Below are positions 18,607-25,284 of a stretch of DNA of 32,000 nt, piece by piece. Origin of the DNA: Acaryochloris marina MBIC11017. GTDB lineage: Bacteria > Cyanobacteriota > Cyanobacteriia > Thermosynechococcales > Thermosynechococcaceae. Under the pieces are notes generated by a model, which ran no database searches, was not told the origin of the DNA, and saw nothing but the letters and a program-made list of their open reading frames with translations. The translations under genes were made by a program, and so were the position numbers. The first letter of the stretch is position 1, and each line of letters begins with the position of its first letter. The stretch lies in contig NC_009925.1 of NCBI RefSeq assembly GCF_000018105.1, forward strand, positions 5,010,001 to 5,042,000. Reading direction: 5' to 3'.

Positions 18607-19461
18607 CTACATTCCATTTTGGATGGCCTGCACCAAGCCAATGTAGATGGACTCTAGGAACTCTAGGTTGAGGGTGGCAATGGTATCACTGGGTTTGTGG
18701 TAGTGGGGATTCCTGGAGTCGGCTGTATCCGTCACCATCACTGCAGAATACCCATAATCCCAGAATGAGGCATGATCGCTACGGCGGGTATCGGGAATGG
18801 GAGTGCCGCGTAAGGGGACAGGAAGCCACTCGCAAGGTGCACCATTACGCTTGAAGTGAGTGGACATTTTGAACATGGTGGGAATGGAGCGAAGATTGCC
18901 AAGCAGGGCAATGAAATTGCCAGTGGAAGGATACAAATACTTAAGTCCCGGAGGATATCGCTGAGTATGCTTTCTTGCGTCAATATAGCCCAGCATCTCT
19001 AGGCTGATCATGGTGGTGATGCGGGTGTTGGTTTGCCTGAGTTCTTGGGCATAGGCTTGGCTCCCCAATCGTCCATATTCTTCTAGATCAAAGCCAATTA
19101 TGTGGATGGGATGACGAGCGGGATGGTGATGGAAGTGCTGAGCGAGTTCTAGGAGGACGGCGACTCCGGTGGCATTGTCATCTGCTCCAGGCGATCCGGG
19201 GACGCCATCAAAATGAGCGCCAATCAGTATGGGGGGCAGAGACTGGCGGCCCGGTAAGGACAAGATCAGGTTTTCATGAATACTTTTGGCAACTTTTTTG
19301 AGGGTTCTAAAGGAATGGCGACGCACGGTTCCCCATTGACTGAGTTCTTGGTAGATGTACTCTTTGACAAAAAAATGTCCAGCTGTTGCGAGATAGGGAT
19401 CGCGTTCTCGCGCTAGGTGAGATAAATGTTGTAGGAGCCGTTTTTGTAGGGGACTGCCCAT
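18607..19461 (-). CDS. M28-family zinc aminopeptidase
   Basis: 284-aa ORF with LIGAHFDGVPGSPGADDNATGVAVLLELA, FDLEEYGRLGS and RSDHASFW, the M28 metal-ligand motifs. It starts 15 nt after the stop of the upstream CHAT gene. Confidence 0.85.
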   Translation of the reverse strand: MGSPLQKRLLQHLSHLARERDPYLATAGHFFVKEYIYQELSQWGTVRRHSFRTLKKVAKSIHENLILSLPGRQSLPPILIGAHFDGVPGSPGADDNATGVAVLLELAQHFHHHPARHPIHIIGFDLEEYGRLGSQAYAQELRQTNTRITTMISLEMLGYIDARKHTQRYPPGLKYLYPSTGNFIALLGNLRSIPTMFKMSTHFKRNGAPCEWLPVPLRGTPIPDTRRSDHASFWDYGYSAVMVTDTADSRNPHYHKPSDTIATLNLEFLESIYIGLVQAIQNGM

Positions 19462-19476
19462 AGACCGTCACCTGAT

Positions 19477-20883
19477 TTACCAAGGACTACTGATCATCGT
19501 AAAGCCTGACCAATAGAAGGGGTGGGTGAAATCGATATTGGAAATATCTGAAACTTCGCTGGGTAAAGATAAAGGCGTATTGGAAAGGGTGAGTTGTCCA
19601 TTTTGGGCTTGAATTTGACCTCGAAGCATCCGCAATTGGGCTTGACGCAGGGCTTCTGATTTGGTCTTGTGGCGAGGCAACTGTTGATAAAATTCGCTCA
19701 TAATGGCTAGGGTGCCGACATCACTGACGTACCAGAGGCTTCCTAAAGCTGTTTTAACCCCTGCTTTGAGGGCGATACCAGCAAATCCTAACTCGGCAGT
19801 TTGATCCCCTAGTGCTGTTTTACAGGCACTTAGAACCAAGAGATCGAGGCTGGGCTTGGACCAGTCTAGGGTATTCATTTGGTCTAATCGGAGTTGGGTA
19901 TCTCGGAACTGGATAAATGACTGGTGGGGTTGACCAGGATTAAATTCGGCATGGGTGGCGAGATGAATAATATTGTAGGTTTGCTCGCTTAACTGAGTTT
20001 TGAGGTTCTTGAGGGTGAAATTGCGATTGAGTAAGGCTTGGCCCTGCCACTGGGATTGGTTTGGAAGACGGGCCTGGAGAAAGGTCAAAATAGCTGCAAT
20101 TTCTGTGGGAACGGATGGTAAAGACTCTAGTTGCAAAAATTCTGAGGCTCCACCGGCTAAGATTCTTCCCTGATTACGAGGGGTATATTCGGTTTGAATT
20201 AAGTTGAAGGCCGGAATATTGGTGAGGCTATACTGCTCGACGAGGTATTGTTCGCCATCGTGTAAGGCGGCTAAAGGTAGGCCTCGGAGTCCACTGCCTA
20301 AGCAAAACAATAAGGTATCAATATTGGCTGCTTGAAGATGCTCTTTTTCAAAGGGGGCAATCAGCCACTCATGAAGCTGTTGAGCAGGTGCTAGGTCCCA
20401 CTGACCAGGATCTTTGGCTTGTTCTCGGAAGGTCGCGACGGTTTTCAGAAGTTTTGCGCGTGGGACATCGTAGAGATCTCGAATAATGGGCTGGCCGCCG
20501 GGTAATAGCAAGACTAGATGTAAATGATCTTCACGAGGCATGATCCACAAGACCCCTGGATGGGTTCCAGTGGTTTGACTAATACGGCTCAGGGTTTGGG
20601 CAACTTCTGTCGGATCTTGGGTAACATCTGCGAGATCTTCGCCAAAGTAAGTTTCAAATTCTTTTTCGAAGCTCCGCTCCATGGCCAAGAAATTTTGGGT
20701 GACTTTGGGAGGGATAAATGGGCGGTTATATTCGGCTGAACTTGGCAGAGCATAGGTCCAGATACTGCAGAGGCTAATCAGGCCAATAAGGCGGGGAAGA
20801 TGAACTTGAAATTGGAGGAATCGTTGGTGCGATCGCATCCCCCTTCGTCTGGCTTGATTAAGGGTCGGATTCTGGCCCGGCAT
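19477..20883 (-). CDS. Secreted/periplasmic CHAT-domain (caspase-like) protein
   Basis: 468-aa ORF with a signal-peptide-like N-terminus (LIGLISLCSIWTYALPSSAEY). CHAT motifs are LFCLGSGLRGLPLAALHDG, IIHLATHAEF, LLVLSACKTALGD, SLWYVSD and HPFYWSGFTMISSPW. An alternative start is Met16 at 20838. Confidence 0.85.
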   Translation of the reverse strand: MPGQNPTLNQARRRGMRSHQRFLQFQVHLPRLIGLISLCSIWTYALPSSAEYNRPFIPPKVTQNFLAMERSFEKEFETYFGEDLADVTQDPTEVAQTLSRISQTTGTHPGVLWIMPREDHLHLVLLLPGGQPIIRDLYDVPRAKLLKTVATFREQAKDPGQWDLAPAQQLHEWLIAPFEKEHLQAANIDTLLFCLGSGLRGLPLAALHDGEQYLVEQYSLTNIPAFNLIQTEYTPRNQGRILAGGASEFLQLESLPSVPTEIAAILTFLQARLPNQSQWQGQALLNRNFTLKNLKTQLSEQTYNIIHLATHAEFNPGQPHQSFIQFRDTQLRLDQMNTLDWSKPSLDLLVLSACKTALGDQTAELGFAGIALKAGVKTALGSLWYVSDVGTLAIMSEFYQQLPRHKTKSEALRQAQLRMLRGQIQAQNGQLTLSNTPLSLPSEVSDISNIDFTHPFYWSGFTMISSPW

Positions 20884-20980
20884 ATCTAAACCCCGTGTAA
20901 AGTCTTACTTCTCAGTTTAAGGGTAAAGGCATGGCTAGACGATTCCAAATGGCGTCGTGAAGGATGAACCCTTGCAGATG

Positions 20981-21023
20981 GGGAACAAAAGAAATTCCCT
21001 GTAGGCTTTAAGCCTACAGGGAA
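20981..21023 (-). terminator. Intrinsic terminator (or attenuator) between the sigma-factor gene and the CHAT gene
   Basis: Perfect palindrome ttCCCTGTAGGCTttaAGCCTACAGGGaa at 20995-21023, with a stem of about 11-13 bp. On the minus strand it lies 32 nt after the sigma-factor stop and is followed by AAUUUCUUUUGUU. Confidence 0.6.
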
Positions 21024-21054
21024 GATGCATGTCCTATGTTTAGAGAGGAAGTGT

Positions 21055-21855
21055 TTAGTGTTCCGTTTGCAGAGCGTTAGGCTGTTGCTGTTGGAGTAAA
21101 TCGATTAGCTTGTCGATGCCCTTCTTCATGTTGCGAGTAACAGTGACGGAGCTGACACCGATGCGCTTGGCCACTTCTTGGCGAGAGAGCTGCTGGAAAA
21201 AGACGGACTCAATCATAATTCGGGTCCGATCTTCGAGCTGGTTTAAGGCTTGCTGAAGTTCGATGCGATCTTCTTGGTTGGCCTGCAGGATTTGGCTATG
21301 AACATCCATCAGGGTGTCACCTAGGGTCATAGCGGAGTCAGACTGAGAGTGACCAGAGGAGACCCGAGCGTTGAGGCTAAGGGGAACGCGATTGGTGGTG
21401 GCGAGTTTAACCGAACGCCATTCTTGCATGGAGAGGCTAAGGGCATCAGCGATTTCCTGATCGTTGGGCTGACGACCCAATTCCATGGTAAGGGCTTGTC
21501 TGGCTTTGGCAGCATCCCGGCTGAGCTGTTGCCAGCGGCGGGGGATGCGAACGGTGTTAGCACGGTCGCGAAGGAAGTGGAGGATTTCGCCGCGAATGTA
21601 AGGCACTGCGAAGGAACTGAAGGCATATCCTTGGGAGGGGTCAAAGCGCTCGATGGCAGTAATCAAACCTAGAAATCCGCATTGCTCTAGATCTTCGTAG
21701 GGCTCAGCGCACTGGTGGGTCAGACGGTGAGCGACCTTGCGAACGAGACCCATATTCAATCGCACGAGGCGGTTTCTGAGCTGAACGGAAGGCTTTTGGC
21801 GATAAGCGACCAGAAGTTCCATGGTTTGCGATTGAAGAGAAGTTTGATAAGCCAT
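21055..21855 (-). CDS. Group-3 sigma-70 family sigma factor (SigF-type)
   Basis: 266-aa ORF without region 1.1. Region 2 is DLEQCGFLGLITAIERFDPSQGYAFSSFAVPYIRGEILHFLRD. Region 3 is VRIPRRWQQL. The region 4 HTH is LSRQEVAKRIGVSSVTVTRNMKKGIDKL. Confidence 0.85.
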   Translation of the reverse strand: MAYQTSLQSQTMELLVAYRQKPSVQLRNRLVRLNMGLVRKVAHRLTHQCAEPYEDLEQCGFLGLITAIERFDPSQGYAFSSFAVPYIRGEILHFLRDRANTVRIPRRWQQLSRDAAKARQALTMELGRQPNDQEIADALSLSMQEWRSVKLATTNRVPLSLNARVSSGHSQSDSAMTLGDTLMDVHSQILQANQEDRIELQQALNQLEDRTRIMIESVFFQQLSRQEVAKRIGVSSVTVTRNMKKGIDKLIDLLQQQQPNALQTEH

Positions 21856-22111
21856 CGTTTTTTAAAGTCCTGTTTTCCTGTATCTGAAAATCATTATGAA
21901 GATCCTGAACTCGGAAAACCATCGTTAAAACACGGGAATATCAAACTTTTTGGGTTGTGATTTTTCCGCATTTCTACGGAGCTTTGCATGAATATGAATC
22001 ATGAGCTGAAAATAAGAAGATCCTGAAAAGCTTGTGAGAACTGGCATAGGGGGATCAGCGAACAATTTTATTTGGATAGAATAAAGGAAATGCAAGGAAA
22101 AAAAATTTTTA

Positions 22112-23455
22112 ATGAAGTTTAGGTTTCGCTGGTTAATCCTGGCTATTTTATGGCCCATTGTGATTTTTTTGAGTCAGGCTAGTCCGGCGTGGCCGTTTTA
22201 TTTAGGGGGAACTCAGGTTAATGAACCGGATGCATCCGTTTGGGTAAAGGAACTGAAATCAGCGGATATGAATACGGTGGAGGTGACGGTCTACGCCACC
22301 CAAGCCGAATGGGATTCACCTAACCTCAGATATGACGCTGAAGATGAGGGGGTGCTGCAAGAAATTCGGGCGGCTAAAGCGGCGGGACTAAATGTCGTTT
22401 TGATTTTGCGGCTGGCCTTGGATCATGCCTATCCTCACAATAATTTCATCTGGCATGGACTAACGATGCCGGAGACGGATGCCCAACTGGCTGATTGGTT
22501 TGAGACCTACACCACATTTGTCGCCCAATGGGCGGAAATTGCAGAAGCGGAGGGGGTCGATATGGTGGGAATTGGTAGTGAAATGAATGCCTTGACTTCC
22601 ACGTTGCCAGTACAGGATGTGCCGGATTTAGAGCGCTACTACCTCGACCCAATTGAGCAGCGGGCGCTGATCCATAATCTGCTGAAGTATAAAGATCGGA
22701 TTCCCTTTGCCGAACTGCAGCTGAAAGGGGGGTATCAATTTCCCACTTTAGAAGCGTTTTTAGAGGAGCGACTGAAGGCTTGGCAAGCCTGGGCTAAACA
22801 GGTGAGTTATCCAGGGGAAGTGGATCCGATTGCTGCGATTAACCGTCGTCGGCAACGTTTGGATCGGCACTGGCGGCAATTGATTCAGCACACTCGCCAG
22901 ATTTATTCTGGCAAACTCACCTATGCAGCGAATTTTGATCAATATCAGTCGGTGGGGTTTTGGGATGCTTTGGATGTGATTGGGGTGAACGCGTATTTTC
23001 CGTTGCGATCGCAACCTCAATTCCGAAATCAACGCCAGTTAAAGCAGCAGCTCTCGTCAGGATGGCGGAAAATTCTGGGGGATATGGATGCCTTTCGCCG
23101 AGACCAGTCTATTCGAAATAAGCCTGTGATTTTTACGGAGTTAGGCTACACTCGCTGGGACCAAAATACTCTCGCTCCTTGGAGTTATAGGGGCTTTTCC
23201 TTAGTTGGGAAGCCAGGGCAACAAGAGGTGATTTTATGGACGATGCAGCCTACGAATGATCAGGAACGGGTATTGGCGGTGCAAGCCCTCTATCAAACCG
23301 TCAAAAAGCACTATCCCAATTTGCTGCAGGGCATTCTGTACTGGAAAATATCTACCCAACCCGATCACCAATCCTTGGAGCCCTTTGTGCTGATTTTGAA
23401 TGACTCACCTGTCGATCCATTGCAAAAAATCTTGCAGAAGTTTTTGAAGAAGTAG
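22112..23455 (+). CDS. Secreted TIM-barrel glycoside-hydrolase-like protein (clan GH-A-like; family unassigned)
   Basis: 447-aa ORF with a signal peptide (LILAILWPIVIFLSQASPA). The alternating beta/alpha pattern has candidate catalytic Glu residues in GIGSEMN and VIFTELGY. The functional call is tentative. Confidence 0.55.
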   Translation: MKFRFRWLILAILWPIVIFLSQASPAWPFYLGGTQVNEPDASVWVKELKSADMNTVEVTVYATQAEWDSPNLRYDAEDEGVLQEIRAAKAAGLNVVLILRLALDHAYPHNNFIWHGLTMPETDAQLADWFETYTTFVAQWAEIAEAEGVDMVGIGSEMNALTSTLPVQDVPDLERYYLDPIEQRALIHNLLKYKDRIPFAELQLKGGYQFPTLEAFLEERLKAWQAWAKQVSYPGEVDPIAAINRRRQRLDRHWRQLIQHTRQIYSGKLTYAANFDQYQSVGFWDALDVIGVNAYFPLRSQPQFRNQRQLKQQLSSGWRKILGDMDAFRRDQSIRNKPVIFTELGYTRWDQNTLAPWSYRGFSLVGKPGQQEVILWTMQPTNDQERVLAVQALYQTVKKHYPNLLQGILYWKISTQPDHQSLEPFVLILNDSPVDPLQKILQKFLKK

Positions 23456-23572
23456 ATCACCCAGCAAGAGGGGGGCTGCAGGATGTGGAATATTTTCTTC
23501 TAGCTAAACAGCCCAGATTGGGGTGATTTGAGCCCATTTAGTCCTTTCTTTGGTTCCCACCTTCGAGAGGGT

Positions 23573-24820
23573 CTAATCAACACGTATCGTGAGTTTACTC
23601 AGCTCAGAACTGGGGACAACGGCCTGAACTGTGAAATTAAACCGTCCAAGGCGGGCACCTTGTAAATTTGCTTGCAGTGGATCAACGTTAATGGAGATAT
23701 CACTGTCATAGACAATTGCAGTACAGGATTGTCCCACTAAATCATTGAGTTGAGCATTGCCTAAGGGCTGAATGTTCAGGACTTCATCGAGATTGGTTTG
23801 AGGCAGATTCCCAGCTAAAAAATCATTGAGGGATAAGGGGCCGTTTTGACCATTCAAGGTCTGGGGCAGAGAAAAGACACCTTCATCGCCTGTTTGCCCA
23901 GTGGGGATAGTCACGATGTCTCCGGTATAGCTGGTATTCCAGAGAAAAGTAGGATTCCCTAGCTGGGTCGGGTTATTTTTATTAATCAAGGCATTCACGC
24001 TAATGCCTTTGTTTTGGGCAGCGTCTTGAATGGTGGGGATATCGCTGTCTATGCTGTCTTCATCCATGACTAGAAGACATGCAGTTGAATTGGTTGTCCC
24101 CAATGAAGTTCCAGAAGTCTGGGCAAATTCTAGGGCACGGATAGCGGTTGTGGAGCTATATCGGTAAGTATCCGTTTGCGCCAAGACTTTGTTAATTCTG
24201 CCGGTTTGATAGACTTTGGCGATGTCGCCCGTGGCATTAACGCAGACATAGAATCCAGGGGTGCCCGAACCGACCCAGTTGGTTTCACAGGTGGGCAGGG
24301 AGCCTTCACTTTCAATCAGATCAATGAGGGGCTCATGGGGCCATTGGGTTGGGGCATCAGGATTGATATAGGTCCCCTGATCGTCATAGGCAGGCCCCCA
24401 CCGATAGATTGCTTTAGGACCCTGCCAAATACCGTTAGGGGGTGTAGCGAGATAGTAGACGATGGGGATGAGGTTGGTCTGAGCCATTCTTAGCATCAGG
24501 ACGGGCTGAACTTGGGATATGTCTGGGCTGATACCTGACAAGAATTCGATGGGTTGTTCAGAACTGATAGAGGCATCCTGGACAATTGTGGCGGCTGTTC
24601 TGATTTCCTGGGCTATAAAGTCTCCAGCTCGATTCAGTTCTACGCGACGTTCGTTTTGAGCGTTGGTGGTGGTGCTGGTGGTGATGATGGAGACCAAACC
24701 ATAGCCACTTAGGGTGATGAGAAAAAAGCTGATGACACCCCCCACCAACAACTCCGTTAGGGTAAATCCTGCTATCGATGGACGGTCGATTTGCCTTTTA
24801 TGCACGGGCTTGATAGCCAT
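23573..24820 (-). CDS. Prepilin-type N-terminal cleavage/methylation domain protein (large minor-pilin/pseudopilin-like)
   Basis: 415-aa ORF with a class III signal: a basic leader (KPVHKRQIDRPSIA), then G/FTLTELLVGGVISFFLITLSGYGLV. The C-terminal region of about 350 aa has no motif I recognise. Confidence 0.8.
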   Translation of the reverse strand: MAIKPVHKRQIDRPSIAGFTLTELLVGGVISFFLITLSGYGLVSIITTSTTTNAQNERRVELNRAGDFIAQEIRTAATIVQDASISSEQPIEFLSGISPDISQVQPVLMLRMAQTNLIPIVYYLATPPNGIWQGPKAIYRWGPAYDDQGTYINPDAPTQWPHEPLIDLIESEGSLPTCETNWVGSGTPGFYVCVNATGDIAKVYQTGRINKVLAQTDTYRYSSTTAIRALEFAQTSGTSLGTTNSTACLLVMDEDSIDSDIPTIQDAAQNKGISVNALINKNNPTQLGNPTFLWNTSYTGDIVTIPTGQTGDEGVFSLPQTLNGQNGPLSLNDFLAGNLPQTNLDEVLNIQPLGNAQLNDLVGQSCTAIVYDSDISINVDPLQANLQGARLGRFNFTVQAVVPSSELSKLTIRVD

Positions 24821-24897
24821 AAAATATTATGCCAAGAGAGTATAAAAGTAGATTTATTAAAGAGCGAATCGTTGTTGCTGATTTTTTTAGCTTTTTT

Positions 24898-24950
24898 AGA
24901 ATAGCTAGATTTATTTTTTTGTGCCTTGAGAATAGCTGGATTTATTTTTT
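24898..24950. repeat. Two 22-bp direct repeats, 31 bp apart, in the divergent promoter region between the pilin-like gene and the cassette
   Basis: agaatagctAgatttatttttt (24898-24919) and agaatagctGgatttatttttt (24929-24950) match at 21 of 22 positions. A third partial copy, tagatttatt, is at 24849-24858. Confidence 0.7.
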
Positions 24951-25284
24951 GCACCCTCTTCGATTGAAAAATGCCTATTAAATATGGAGTTGTGCAATCC
25001 GTTGTGAAGTGAAGAAGACGTTAACTTAAATGCTGGTTGCTATCCCTTGTGAGTAGGTTGATTGGATAAATGACTGTGTGGTACAGAGATGAATAAGTTT
25101 GGGAATTGGATGGGGATTGAGGGCTGAATTCTACTGGGCGTTTGCTATCAATATCCGTGCAAATGAATTAATGTCGCGACTCTGATCTTCTGAAGACTTT
25201 AAACGGTCTAGGTTTGCATATATTCTGAAAAAAAGACTGATAAGTCTTGGGTGATGTGACGGAACTGGAGGTTGTGGGGACTCG

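Noticed and set aside
21327-21672. ORFs of 105 aa (minus strand) and 107 aa (plus strand) inside the sigma-factor gene
   Set aside because: They are alternative or antisense frames of a gene whose annotated frame shows complete sigma-70 regions 2-4. Their translations are low-complexity.
21925-22158. 77-aa minus-strand ORF in the region between the sigma-factor gene and the glycosidase-like gene
   Set aside because: It overlaps the signal-peptide coding start of the plus-strand gene and AT-rich promoter DNA. It has no motif support.
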